Positions 9,307 through 20,384 of a DNA stretch of 64,000 nucleotides are shown here, piece by piece. Positions within the stretch are counted from its first letter, which is position 1. Each line of letters opens with the position of its first letter. The stretch comes from Candidatus Binatia bacterium. GTDB lineage: Bacteria > Desulfobacterota > Binatia > UBA9968 > JAJDTQ01. Where the stretch lies: assembly GCA_963666515.2 (NCBI GenBank), contig OY762897.2:2304001-2368000 (forward strand). The letters are read 5' to 3'. A program made the position numbers and the translations under genes. The notes beneath the pieces are model-generated. The model was not told the origin of the DNA, ran no database searches, and saw only the letters and a list, made by a program, of their open reading frames with translations.

Positions 9307-10026
9307 ATGTCCACGGCGAAGGGAACCGCGCTCGTTACCGGCGGAGCCAGGCGCATCGGCGCCGCGGTGGCGCGGGCGCTGGCGCAGCACGGCTACGGTG
9401 TCGCGCTCCACTATCTCGACTCTGCGGAAGCGGCCGAACGCACCGCGAGGGAGATCGAAGGGATGGGCCGCCGGTGCCGGCTGTTCCGCTGCGACCTGAA
9501 CGACCACGACGAGACCGCGGCGCTGATCCCCAGGGTGCGGGAGCACTTCACCGACCTGACCGTCCTGGTCAACAACGCCTCGGTCTTCGAGCGCGGCACG
9601 CTTCGGGAAACCGGCCGCGGCCTTTTCGAGCGCCATTTCAACGTCAACTTCAAGGCGCCCTTCTTTCTCACCCAGGCGTTCGCCGAGGGCTGCGCCCGGG
9701 GCCAGGTCATCAACCTCCTCGATACCCGCGTGAGCCGCACCGACCCCCATCACGCCGCCTACACGCTGTCGAAGAAGGCGCTGCTGGAGCTTACGCGGAT
9801 GGCGGCCCGCGAGCTCGGCCCCGCCATCCGGGTGAACGGGGTTTCCCCGGGCATGATACTGCCCCCGCCGGGCGGAGTGGTGGACGACCTGGAGCGGCGG
9901 AGCGCCGCCCTGCCCTTGAAACGCATCGGCGACACGGATAACTTGGTCGCCGCGGTGCTGTTCCTGCTGGACAACCCCTTCGTCACGGGCGAATGCATCT
10001 ACGTCGACGGCGGGGAGCATCTGTAG
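9307..10026 (+). CDS. Pteridine reductase / FolM-like short-chain dehydrogenase
   Basis: ALVTGGARRIG, LVNNASVF, YTLSK, RVNGVSPG; adjacent to pterin genes. Confidence 0.85.
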   Translation: MSTAKGTALVTGGARRIGAAVARALAQHGYGVALHYLDSAEAAERTAREIEGMGRRCRLFRCDLNDHDETAALIPRVREHFTDLTVLVNNASVFERGTLRETGRGLFERHFNVNFKAPFFLTQAFAEGCARGQVINLLDTRVSRTDPHHAAYTLSKKALLELTRMAARELGPAIRVNGVSPGMILPPPGGVVDDLERRSAALPLKRIGDTDNLVAAVLFLLDNPFVTGECIYVDGGEHL

Positions 10027-10084
10027 CGCGGCCCGTCCGAGTCATCGGATCGTAGCCCCCATGTCGGGTTGGCGACCACGTCCC

Positions 10085-10474
10085 ATGATCCAGAAGAATC
10101 CGGTCAAGATCACCATCGAGAACCTGCGGCTCCGCACCATCATCGGCATCAATGACTGGGAGCGCGAGACGAAGCAGGACGTGGTCGTCAACGTGGAACT
10201 GGAGCTGGCGCCAGACACGGTCTTCACCCGCGACGCCATCGACGAGACCGTGGACTACAAGCGCCTCAACAAGCGGATCATCGCCGAGGTGGAGCGGTCG
10301 TCGTTCTTTCTCATCGAAAGGCTCTGCGAGCACCTGCTGGAGCTGGTGATGGACGACGAGCGCGTGAAGCGCGCCCGGGTCCGGGTGGCCAAGCCGGCGG
10401 CGCTCCGCTTCACCGACTCCGTGTCCGTGGAATGCTCGGCGGAGAGGACGGGGACGGGAGCGGGCGAAGCATGA
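10085..10474 (+). CDS. FolB/FolX family protein (dihydroneopterin aldolase or dihydroneopterin triphosphate 2'-epimerase)
   Basis: IENLRLRTIIGINDWER..QDVVVN..VDY..LIE..KPAALRFTDSVSV. Confidence 0.85.
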   Translation: MIQKNPVKITIENLRLRTIIGINDWERETKQDVVVNVELELAPDTVFTRDAIDETVDYKRLNKRIIAEVERSSFFLIERLCEHLLELVMDDERVKRARVRVAKPAALRFTDSVSVECSAERTGTGAGEA

Positions 10475-10857
10475 ACCTGGCGGTGATCGGCGTCGGCTCC
10501 AACATCGAGCCTGCGGTCAACGTTCCCAGGGCGCGGGAGCGGATCGCCGAACGGCACGTGATCCTCGCCGAGTCGCCGCTGGTGGAGACGGCGCCCGTCG
10601 GCTACGTCCACCAGCCCGATTTCACCAACGGCGCCCTGCTGGTGAAGACCCGCGTGGACTGCGAGCGGCTGAGAGCGGACCTCAAGGCCATCGAGGTCCT
10701 GCTCGGACGGGAGCCCGGCAAGGACCGCTACGGACCCCGGACCATCGATCTCGACATCGTCGTGTGGAACGGCGAGGTCATCGACCGCGACCTCTACACC
10801 CGGGACTACCTCCGCGACGCCGTGCTGGCGGTCCTGCCCGACCTGGACCTGCCGTGA
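10471..10857 (+). CDS. folK: 2-amino-4-hydroxy-6-hydroxymethyldihydropteridine diphosphokinase
   Basis: IGVGSNI, ETAPVG..QPDFTN, GPRTIDLDI; ATGA overlap with upstream gene. Confidence 0.92.
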   Translation: MNLAVIGVGSNIEPAVNVPRARERIAERHVILAESPLVETAPVGYVHQPDFTNGALLVKTRVDCERLRADLKAIEVLLGREPGKDRYGPRTIDLDIVVWNGEVIDRDLYTRDYLRDAVLAVLPDLDLP

Positions 10858-10880
10858 GTCCACGCCGGAATGCGCGGCCG

Positions 10881-11849
10881 ATGCGCCCGACCTGCGCGGC
10901 GGCTTGCGCGCTGCTGGCGCTGTTCGCAATGGCCGGCAACGGGTTCGCCGGACGAATCGAGGTCAAGGCGGTCCCGGTGGCGCTGGATACCGAAAGGCCG
11001 GGCGTCCGGGTATTCGGCCGGCTCGTGTTCATGAGCGGCTTCGAGCTGGTGTCGGATCACCGGAGTTTCGGCGGGCTCTCGGGCCTGGAGGTCAACGCGG
11101 ACGGCCGGCGGCTCCGGGCCGTCTCGGACCGGGGCGCCTGGATCACCGCGGACCTCACCCACGACCTGGACGGGCGCCTCGTCGCCGCAGACTCCTGGCG
11201 CCACGCGCCCATGCTGACGCCCGCGGGCAAGCCGGTCCGGGGCCGCCTGCGCGACGCCGAAGGGCTGACGCGCGCCGGCGACGGCTCGTTCCTGGTCTCG
11301 TTCGAGCGGCGCCACCGGGTCTGGCGGTATCCGGCGGCCCTCGACGCGCCGCCCCGTCCGGTGAAGACGCCTCGCGCCCTGGACGGAGCGCCCGTCAACG
11401 GAGGGCTCGAAGGCATCACCGTGCTGTCCGACGGCACGCTCCTGGGCGTGACCGAACGGCACGCCAACGGAGACGGCAGCCTCAAGGGCTGGCTCATGCG
11501 GAACGGCACGGCCCGGGAGATCGCCTACCTGCCGGCGGACGGCCTCCGCCCCACGGGTCTCGCCGCCCTGCCCGGCGGCGACGTGCTGCTGCTCGAACGG
11601 CGCCTGACGGTGACGGGAATACGCGTCCGCATCGTCCGCCTGGCGCGGGGAAGCCTGCGCGCCGGCACCCCGTTGCGCGGACAACCCGTGGCGGAACTGA
11701 AGCATCCGCTGCCGGTGGACAACTTCGAGGGGCTCGCGCTCCGGCGCGACCGTGCGGGACGGACGCTGCTGTACCTGGTGTCCGACGACAACTTCATGCC
11801 GTTTCAGAGGACGCTGCTGTTCCAGTTCCGGATGATGGACGATCCGTGA
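10881..11849 (+). CDS. Secreted phytase-like (esterase-like activity of phytase family) protein
   Basis: Signal peptide; FGGLSGL, AVSDRG, DAEGL, VSFE, NGGLEG, DNFEGL, LVSDDNF..QRTLL; start could be GTG 10854. Confidence 0.8.
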   Translation: MRPTCAAACALLALFAMAGNGFAGRIEVKAVPVALDTERPGVRVFGRLVFMSGFELVSDHRSFGGLSGLEVNADGRRLRAVSDRGAWITADLTHDLDGRLVAADSWRHAPMLTPAGKPVRGRLRDAEGLTRAGDGSFLVSFERRHRVWRYPAALDAPPRPVKTPRALDGAPVNGGLEGITVLSDGTLLGVTERHANGDGSLKGWLMRNGTAREIAYLPADGLRPTGLAALPGGDVLLLERRLTVTGIRVRIVRLARGSLRAGTPLRGQPVAELKHPLPVDNFEGLALRRDRAGRTLLYLVSDDNFMPFQRTLLFQFRMMDDP

Positions 11850-11932
11850 ATCCGGGTCCGGTGTCCTGTCCCATAAGCACGTGTGCTAAGATGCGCAGGA
11901 TGGTCCGGTCGTGCATCCATTGAGGGGGAACC

Positions 11933-12976
11933 ATGAGCCTTCAACTGCTTGAACAGAAACCGCTCGAGAACCTGAGCCTGGACGAGCTTCGCGCGCTGTT
12001 CCACCAGCGGGTCCGGCCGGAGGCCATCGAGCACGTCATGGGCGCGGCGGAGAGCGAGTCCACCCTGAAGCGGAACCGCACCGCGCTGGACCGGCTGCTC
12101 TTCCGCCAGCGCATCTTCCACGACGTCACCGACCCGGACACCTCCATCGAGCTGTTCGGCCACCGCCTGCCGTCGCCGGCGCTGATCGGCCCGGTGGGCA
12201 GCTTCCGTATCCTGCGCAAGAACGGCGAGCACGAGGTGGCGGAAGGCGGCAGCCTGTTCGGCACCATGGTGTTCATCAGCGGCGCCACCGCGTCCACCGT
12301 GGACCAGTGGGCGGAAGGAATATCCTCGCCGCTGGTGTACATGGCCTATCTCAGCAAGGGACGGGACAAGGTGCTGGCCGCGGTGCGCCGGGCGGACGAG
12401 ATCGGCTACGCCGCGGTCGGCCTCACCATGGACACGCTGCAGCCCACGAAGCTCAGGGACCGGGTGCCGCTGTCCTCGGACGGCAAGCCCCGCACCGTCC
12501 ACCTGTCGTCGCCGGACGACGTGACGTGGCTCAAGAAAGAGGTGTCCGTCCCCGTCGTGGTGAAGGGGATCATGAACCCCGACGATGCACGCATCGCCAT
12601 CGACGCCGGCGCGGACTGCCTGGTGGTCTCCAACCACGGCGGCCGCATCCTCGACTTCAACCGCGCCGCCATCGAGGTGCTGCCGGAGATCGTGGACGCG
12701 GCCGACAACCGGGTGCCGGTGCTGCTGGACAGCGGCGCCCGCAGGGGCGGCGACATCGCCAAGGCCCTGGCCCTGGGCGCCAGCGCGGTGCTGCTGGGAA
12801 GGCCCATCTGCTGGGGCCTCGGCGCCGCGGGGCCGGAGGGCGTGGCCCGGGTGCTTTCCATCTTCACGGACGAGCTGAAGCGGGTGATGATCATGACCGG
12901 CACCCCGGCCATCGCGGACATTACGCCATCGCTTCTCAGCCTGGACCCGAACAACGTCTGGTTCCGCGGCCTGTAG
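11933..12976 (+). CDS. FMN-dependent alpha-hydroxy acid oxidase/dehydrogenase family
   Basis: PVVVKGI, VVSNHGGRILD, LDSGARRGGDIAKALALGA..GRP. Confidence 0.9.
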   Translation: MSLQLLEQKPLENLSLDELRALFHQRVRPEAIEHVMGAAESESTLKRNRTALDRLLFRQRIFHDVTDPDTSIELFGHRLPSPALIGPVGSFRILRKNGEHEVAEGGSLFGTMVFISGATASTVDQWAEGISSPLVYMAYLSKGRDKVLAAVRRADEIGYAAVGLTMDTLQPTKLRDRVPLSSDGKPRTVHLSSPDDVTWLKKEVSVPVVVKGIMNPDDARIAIDAGADCLVVSNHGGRILDFNRAAIEVLPEIVDAADNRVPVLLDSGARRGGDIAKALALGASAVLLGRPICWGLGAAGPEGVARVLSIFTDELKRVMIMTGTPAIADITPSLLSLDPNNVWFRGL

Positions 12977-13004
12977 GCCGACGGGCTGCACGAGAGGATA
13001 TCCC

Positions 13005-13469
13005 ATGAGCGCGGAAGATCGTCTGAAAGAATTGAACCTGAGCCTGCCGCCCGTGCCCAGGCCCATGGCCAACTACGTCAGCGCCGTGAGGACGGGCTCG
13101 CTGCTGTATCTTGCCGGCCACGGCCCGCTGGGCGACGACGGCAAACCCGTCTCGCGCGGCAAGCTCGGCCGCGACCTGACCGTGGACGAAGGCTACCAGG
13201 CGGCGCGCCAGACGGCGCTGAACACGCTGGTCACCCTGAGAGCGGAACTCGGCAGCCTCGACCGCGTCCGCCGCATCGTCAAGGTGCTGGGCATGGTCAA
13301 CGCCGACCCGGACTTCCAGAAGACGCCGCAGGTCATCAACGGCTTCTCGGACCTGATGGTGGAGGTGTTCGGCGAGAGCGTGGGCAAGCACGCGCGCTCC
13401 GCGGTGGGCATGGCGACGCTGCCCAACGCGATCCCGGTGGAAATCGAGTCCATCTACGAGGTGGAATGA
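13005..13469 (+). CDS. RidA family protein
   Basis: ANYV..LYLAGHGP..INGFSDL..GKHARSAVG..LP..PVEIE. Confidence 0.9.
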   Translation: MSAEDRLKELNLSLPPVPRPMANYVSAVRTGSLLYLAGHGPLGDDGKPVSRGKLGRDLTVDEGYQAARQTALNTLVTLRAELGSLDRVRRIVKVLGMVNADPDFQKTPQVINGFSDLMVEVFGESVGKHARSAVGMATLPNAIPVEIESIYEVE

Positions 13470-13546
13470 CGGCCGCCGGGCGCGTTGCCCTTTCCTCGTG
13501 TGGCGCCCGCGGGCGGGCGGTTTCGGAACCCGCCCGGCGACTCAAT

Positions 13547-13582
13547 CGACGGAATCGTCGAAGGCGTTCGACCGTTTTGACG
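13547..13582 (+). promoter_or_regulatory. Candidate upstream activator sites for a sigma-54 enhancer-binding protein
   Basis: Palindrome CGACGGAATCGTCG (13547-13560) and related CGACCGTTTTGACG (13569-13582), 22 bp apart, ~70-100 bp upstream of a -24/-12 site. Confidence 0.45.
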
Positions 13583-13647
13583 TGCCCACCCCGCCCGGGA
13601 CCCCGGCAACTCCCTGAAAACATGGCTCTTTCGAAAGCCCCAGACGC

Positions 13648-13662
13648 TGGCACGAAAGGTGC
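13648..13662 (+). promoter_or_regulatory. Sigma-54 (-24/-12) promoter of degP
   Basis: TGGCACGAAAGGTGC: TGGCACG..GG-N10-GC, 37 bp before the ATG with AAGGAGG RBS. Confidence 0.7.
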
Positions 13663-13699
13663 TCACCAAGGGTCACAGATTCTTTAAGGAGGTGGCTCC

Positions 13700-15175
13700 A
13701 TGCCCTCGAAGCAAGTCCGTTCCACGTCCATGAAGGCGCTGGGCGTCTGCGCCCTGCTGCTCGCCGTGTTCGCCCTCTACTCGGGCTTCGATCGGCAGCC
13801 TCTCAACGCGTCCACCAAACCCGCCGCCGACCAACGGCCGGTGCGGGGAATCGTCGACCTGGTCAAGGCCGTGAGCCCGGCGGTGGTCAACGTCACCACC
13901 AAGGGGGAGACCCTGCCGGCGGCGTGGTCCCGGCGGTTCGGCCACTCCCTGCCCGAGGAATGGCGCAAGTTCTTCGAAGACTCCCCTTTCTCCATCCCCA
14001 ACCCCTTCAACATGCCGGGCAGGCCCGGCACGCCGCGCAGGACCCAGGCATACGGCTCCGGCGTCATCATCGACTCCAAGGGCCTGATCCTGACCAACCA
14101 CCACGTGGTGGCGGGCGGCAAGAACGCCATCATCACCGTCACCCTCTCGGACGAGAACGAGTTCGAGGGGAAGGTCGTGGGCATGGACGAGAAGACCGAC
14201 CTGGCGTTGATCCGGATCGACGCCGGCTACCCCCTGCCCACCGCGCCTTTGGGCGACTCGGACAAGCTGGAGATCGGTGAAGGCGTGCTGGCCATCGGCA
14301 ACCCGTTCGGCCTCGACCGTACGGTCACCTCCGGGATCGTCAGCGCCAAGGGGCGCCGAATCGGCGCCGGGCCGTACGACAACTTCATCCAGACCGACGC
14401 CTCCATCAACCCGGGCAATTCCGGCGGACCGCTCATCAACCACCGCGGCGAAGTGGTGGGAGTGAACACCGCCATCTACAGCCGGGGCGGCGGCAACGTG
14501 GGCATCGGCTTCGCCATCCCCATCAACCTGGTCAAGGAGCTGCTGCCGCAACTGCGGAACGACGGCCAGGTCACGCGCGGCTGGCTGGGGGTGGCCTTCC
14601 AGAAGATGACCCCGCTGCTGGCGGAGTCCCTGAAGGTGGGCGAGCCGCGCGGGGCGCTGGTGGCCCAGGTCTTGCCCGACACTCCGGCCCAGGAGGGAGG
14701 GATCAAGGCGGGAGACGTCATCGTCGAGTTCGACGGGATTCCCATCGAGGCGACCGGGAACCTGCCGATGATCGTGGCCCGCACCCCGGTGGGCAAGGAG
14801 GTGGGCGTCAAGGTTTTGCGCGACGGTGGTGAACGGACGCTGACGGTACGGATCGGAAAGCTCGCCGAGAAGTCCGCGGCGGTTGCGGAACAGGGATCGG
14901 ACCTCGGGCTCACCGTAAGCGAGATCACCCCGGCTACGGCCAAGAAACTCTCCCTGAAGCAGGAGAAAGGCGTCGTGGTCACCGCGGTGAAGCCGGGGAG
15001 CCCGGCGGACGAGGCCGGGCTGCGCCAGGGAGACGTGATCCTGGAGGTCAACCGGATTCCGGTCACGACGCTGGCCGCCTACAACGAGGCGCTCGGCCAG
15101 GCGGAAGAGGGCCGGAACGCGCTGTTCCTGGTACAGCGGGGCGAGATGCGGCGGTTCTTCGTCGCGAAGAGCTGA
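13700..15175 (+). CDS. degP: Do/DegP/DegQ family periplasmic serine endoprotease with two PDZ domains
   Basis: GSGVII..LTNHHVV, TDLALI, FIQTDASINPGNSGGPL, two PDZ-like repeats. Confidence 0.92.
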   Translation: MPSKQVRSTSMKALGVCALLLAVFALYSGFDRQPLNASTKPAADQRPVRGIVDLVKAVSPAVVNVTTKGETLPAAWSRRFGHSLPEEWRKFFEDSPFSIPNPFNMPGRPGTPRRTQAYGSGVIIDSKGLILTNHHVVAGGKNAIITVTLSDENEFEGKVVGMDEKTDLALIRIDAGYPLPTAPLGDSDKLEIGEGVLAIGNPFGLDRTVTSGIVSAKGRRIGAGPYDNFIQTDASINPGNSGGPLINHRGEVVGVNTAIYSRGGGNVGIGFAIPINLVKELLPQLRNDGQVTRGWLGVAFQKMTPLLAESLKVGEPRGALVAQVLPDTPAQEGGIKAGDVIVEFDGIPIEATGNLPMIVARTPVGKEVGVKVLRDGGERTLTVRIGKLAEKSAAVAEQGSDLGLTVSEITPATAKKLSLKQEKGVVVTAVKPGSPADEAGLRQGDVILEVNRIPVTTLAAYNEALGQAEEGRNALFLVQRGEMRRFFVAKS

Positions 15176-15212
15176 GCGCATGAGGACGGCGACCGGGAGC
15201 CGTTGCGAATTC

Positions 15213-15240
15213 TTGCCAAGTTCAAGGCCGTTTGTATAAT
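15213..15240 (+). promoter_or_regulatory. Putative sigma-70 promoter of the two-component operon
   Basis: TTGCCA-N16-TATAAT. Confidence 0.55.
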
Positions 15241-15298
15241 GGGATGACGGGCTGCGGCCCGTCGTAGCCCGCGGTCTCGAAACCGGCCAAGAATCATC

Positions 15299-17008
15299 AT
15301 GAAACGAGCTTCCCTGGTCCCCTACTTCCTCGCCTCGGTCCTGCTGCTCCTGGGGCTCTTCTCGCTCTACGTGTTCTACGAGAGCCGCTGGCTGGAGGAG
15401 GAGCTGGTGCGCCAGGTGGAGGTCAAGGCGCTGGCCCTGACCAGGACCATGGAGACCAGCGCGAAGAAGTCCATCAAGGGCAACGCGCTGATCGAGGAAC
15501 TGGTCCGGCGGCGCCTGCTGGACAACGCGCGCCTCATCGACCGGCTGCTGACCGCCAACCCTCCAGCGCGCCTGGTGCAACGCATCAGCGCCATCAACGA
15601 CCTCTACCGGGTCGAACTCCTGGACCTCCAGGGCCGCCCCTGGGTGTCGCACACCGGGACCGAGCCGCCCGGGATCGGCGACCTCCTGGCCGGGTTTCGG
15701 GAACGGTGGTCGGGGCGCAAGGCCGAGGTGCACAACTGGGGCAAGCTCTGGTCGCAGTTTCCGGGCCAGCCGCCGCCCCTTCCCCAACACAAGTTCTGGG
15801 AGGACAGCGTCTTCGGGATAGCCCTGGAAGCCCGGAGCTTTCCCGGGTACATCGCGGTCCACGCGGACGCCTCCTACATGCTCAAGCTGCAGCGCGAGAT
15901 CGGCGTTCAGCGCCAGATCGAGGACCTGGGGCGGCAGGACGACATCCACCACCTCGCGCTGCTGGACAACGACCTCACCGTGCTCGCCCACACGGACCCC
16001 GCGCTGACCGGCGTCCGCATGGTGGATGACTTGGCCGCCAGGGCGCGGGCCACCGAGCGTTCGGCGCACCGCATCGTGGAGACGGACGGCGGCGGCCGGC
16101 GTTACGAGGTGGTCAAGCCCATCACGCTGGACGACGATCCCATGGGGTTCCTGCGCATCGGCCTGTCCATGGACGCCGTGGACGCCGCGTGGTGGCAGAG
16201 CCTCCGGTCCATGGTGTGGCTGGGGTGCGGCATCCTGGCCCTGGGCATGCTGGGGTTTACGGCGATCCTGTACAACCAGCGGTTCCACATGCAGGAGATC
16301 AAGGCCCTGGAGGCGGAAGTGGACCGCCGGGAGCACCTCTCGATGATGGGCAACCTGGCGGCCACCGTGGCCCACGAGGTCCGCAACCCGCTCAACGCCA
16401 TCTCCATGGGCCTGCAACGCCTCAAGGGGGAATTCAAGCCGACCCGGGACGAGAGCGAGTACAGCCGCTTCATCGAGCTGATGCGCGGGGAGGTTCACCG
16501 CCTGAACGCCATCGTGGAGGAGTTCCTGACCCTGGCGCGTCCGCTGAACATGAAGCCCGACCTGGTCAAGGTCGACCAGTTGCTGAACGAGCTGACCACG
16601 CTGACTCAAGGCGACGCCGAGGCGTCCGGGGTGGACATCCGGGTGGTGGGCCACGGCCCTCGGCCGGTGGTGAAGGCCGACCCGGACTATCTCAAGCAGG
16701 TGTTGCTGAACCTCATCCTCAACGGTCTCCAGGCCATGCCCGAGGGCGGCACCCTGACCATCGAGACCACGACCCGTGACGGCAGGATGCGGCTCGCGGT
16801 CAGCGACACCGGCGTGGGCATCCAGCCGGAGAACCTCGCGCGCATCTTCGAGCCCTACTTCACCACCAAGACCGACGGCTCCGGGCTGGGCCTGGCCATC
16901 GCGCGCAGGATCGTCGAGGGCCACGGCGGAACCATCGACGTGACCAGCAGGACGGGCAGCGGCAGCCGGTTCGAGATCGTTCTCCCGTTGGACCACGCCT
17001 TCGCGTAG
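15299..17008 (+). CDS. Membrane sensor histidine kinase (ZraS/AtoS-like)
   Basis: Two TM segments; H-box AHEVRNPLNAI, N-box QVLLNLILNG, DTGVGI, FEPYFTTK, GSGLGL. Confidence 0.92.
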   Translation: MKRASLVPYFLASVLLLLGLFSLYVFYESRWLEEELVRQVEVKALALTRTMETSAKKSIKGNALIEELVRRRLLDNARLIDRLLTANPPARLVQRISAINDLYRVELLDLQGRPWVSHTGTEPPGIGDLLAGFRERWSGRKAEVHNWGKLWSQFPGQPPPLPQHKFWEDSVFGIALEARSFPGYIAVHADASYMLKLQREIGVQRQIEDLGRQDDIHHLALLDNDLTVLAHTDPALTGVRMVDDLAARARATERSAHRIVETDGGGRRYEVVKPITLDDDPMGFLRIGLSMDAVDAAWWQSLRSMVWLGCGILALGMLGFTAILYNQRFHMQEIKALEAEVDRREHLSMMGNLAATVAHEVRNPLNAISMGLQRLKGEFKPTRDESEYSRFIELMRGEVHRLNAIVEEFLTLARPLNMKPDLVKVDQLLNELTTLTQGDAEASGVDIRVVGHGPRPVVKADPDYLKQVLLNLILNGLQAMPEGGTLTIETTTRDGRMRLAVSDTGVGIQPENLARIFEPYFTTKTDGSGLGLAIARRIVEGHGGTIDVTSRTGSGSRFEIVLPLDHAFA

Positions 17009-17073
17009 GACCCGTGGAGCGCGCGGGGGGAACGGCGATCCGAGCCCCGAAGCGCAGGCGCTACGAAAACGAC

Positions 17074-18498
<1,425 letters not shown>

Positions 18499-18534
18499 CC
18501 CCGCCCCAAGCCCGTAACGCGCGTAACTTGGTGC

Positions 18535-18563
18535 TTGACAACGGATATTCCTGATGATACTTT
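18535..18563 (+). promoter_or_regulatory. Sigma-70 promoter about 250 bp upstream of the sigma factor gene
   Basis: TTGACA-N17-TACTTT with extended TGn. Confidence 0.65.
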
Positions 18564-18589
18564 AGGCTGTTGCTGATTTCCCTCAAGGA

Positions 18590-18787
18590 CCGTTGCTCAG
18601 TCGTTGCTCGATCCGGGCGGGTTCGCAGGGACTATCCCAACACAACTACAAAACGTGCCTGTTCCGCAACTCCTCCGGTCATGCTCCAGGAGCGTCAACG
18701 GTTTTGCAAGGGTTGCGGATTTTTTCAACTACCGGATTGTTGGTTTGCCGGGTGCTTCAAGGGAGCTTCACCCCTTTGAGCGACGGC
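18590..18787 (+). ncRNA. Candidate structured RNA (6S-like rod or structured 5' UTR)
   Basis: Nested pairings 18600-18611/18776-18787, 18637-18642/18738-18743, 18663-18670/18712-18719 flanking an A/U-rich internal bubble. Confidence 0.35.
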
Positions 18788-18812
18788 GTGATGAATCATT
18801 GTGGAAGCCGAA

Positions 18813-20327
18813 ATGATGGAGAGAGCCTTGAACATCGAAGACACCGAGGATGCGATGGACGACTCAATCGACGAGCTTGACGACGTTGCCATAAACGAGG
18901 TCGAGGACGAAGAGCAGCCTGCATCCTTTTCCGAGGAGTCCGCGCCGAGCCACGTCCCGGTGGACAGCGACCGGGTGGACGAAAAGACCGACCCGGTGTC
19001 GCTCTATCTTCGCGACATCGGCTCGACGCCCCTGTTGACGAGGGAACGCGAGGTCCAGCTCGGAATGCAGATGGAGCAGGGGCAGGAAGAGTACATCGAC
19101 AGCGTCATCGCCTCGCCGTTCACCGTTCGGCAGGTGCTCGATCTGGCCGAGGAGATCAAGAGGAACGAGACGCCGCTGGATCGGGTGCTGATGGCCGGCG
19201 ACGACGGTGAAGCGTTCGACGAGGCCATCGAACGCCGCCGGTTTCTCAAGGGCGTCACGGTGCTGCGGGGCCTGGTCCGGGAGCAGAAGCGCATACAGGC
19301 GGAACTGGGCCGCAAAAGGACTTCCCAGAAGCGCCGGGTCACGCTGGAAGCCGATCTCGCCAAGAAGCAGACCCGCATCATCGACGCGGTGAAGGCGTTG
19401 CGGCTGTCCAAGGAATGGATCGACGACATCGGCGCCAACCTCAAGGAGTCGCACCGTACCGTCGTCAAGCTGCAGGCGCAGGCCCGCAGTCACACCCGCG
19501 GCAACGCCGCCAAGCAGATCGCCGCCGAAATCACGGCCATCGAGGAGGCCCACGAATCGTCCGCCGAGGACCTCGCGCGTCAGGTGGAAGCCATCACCGA
19601 AGCCGAGCTCAAGGCCTCTTCGGCGAAGAAGATCCTCATCGAGGCCAACCTGCGGCTGGTGGTGAGCCTGGCGAAGAAGTACGGCAACCGCGGCCTCCAG
19701 TTCCTCGACCTGATCCAGGAAGGGAACGTGGGTCTCATGCGGGCGGCGGAAAAGTTCGACTACCGGCTGGGCTACCGGTTCTCGACCTACGCGGGCTGGT
19801 GGATCCGGCAGAGCATCACCCGGGGCATCATCGACTCCGCGCCGACCATACGCATCCCGGTGCACATGATCGAGACCCGCAACAAGCTCATCCGCGCGCA
19901 CCGCTCGCTTCACCGCAAGCTCGGCAGGGACCCGCAGCCGGACGAGGTCGCCGCGGAGATGGGGCTGACCACCGAGGAGATCCGCCGGCTGATGCGCATC
20001 GTTAAGGAGCCGGTCTCACTGGAAACCCCCATGGGCGACGACGAGGAGAGCCGGCTCGGCGACTTCGTGGAGGACAAGCACATCCCGAAGCCGCTGGAGC
20101 AGACGATTCACGCCAACCTGCGCGACAGGGTCAAGAAGTACCTGGCCACGCTGCCGCCGAGGGAGGAGGCCGTGTTGCGGTTCCGCTTCGGCATCGGCGA
20201 GGTGCGGGACTACACCCTCGAGGAACTGGGGGAGCGCTTCTCGCTCACCAGGGAGCGCATTCGCCAGATCGAGCAGCGCGCCTTGAGAAAGCTTCGGACC
20301 GCGGTCGGACCGGACCTTCAGGACTAA
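18813..20327 (+). CDS. RNA polymerase sigma-70 factor, RpoD-like paralogue
   Basis: [64 protein letters not shown]. Confidence 0.9.
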   Translation: MMERALNIEDTEDAMDDSIDELDDVAINEVEDEEQPASFSEESAPSHVPVDSDRVDEKTDPVSLYLRDIGSTPLLTREREVQLGMQMEQGQEEYIDSVIASPFTVRQVLDLAEEIKRNETPLDRVLMAGDDGEAFDEAIERRRFLKGVTVLRGLVREQKRIQAELGRKRTSQKRRVTLEADLAKKQTRIIDAVKALRLSKEWIDDIGANLKESHRTVVKLQAQARSHTRGNAAKQIAAEITAIEEAHESSAEDLARQVEAITEAELKASSAKKILIEANLRLVVSLAKKYGNRGLQFLDLIQEGNVGLMRAAEKFDYRLGYRFSTYAGWWIRQSITRGIIDSAPTIRIPVHMIETRNKLIRAHRSLHRKLGRDPQPDEVAAEMGLTTEEIRRLMRIVKEPVSLETPMGDDEESRLGDFVEDKHIPKPLEQTIHANLRDRVKKYLATLPPREEAVLRFRFGIGEVRDYTLEELGERFSLTRERIRQIEQRALRKLRTAVGPDLQD

Positions 20328-20356
20328 GCCTCGTCAGAGCGACCGCATAGGCACGC

Positions 20357-20384
20357 AGGGGGCAGGTTTGATACCCGCCCCTAT
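20357..20384 (-). repeat. GTAG-type REP-like palindrome
   Basis: Minus strand ATAGGGGCGGGTATCAAACCTGCCCC between convergent genes. Confidence 0.5.
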
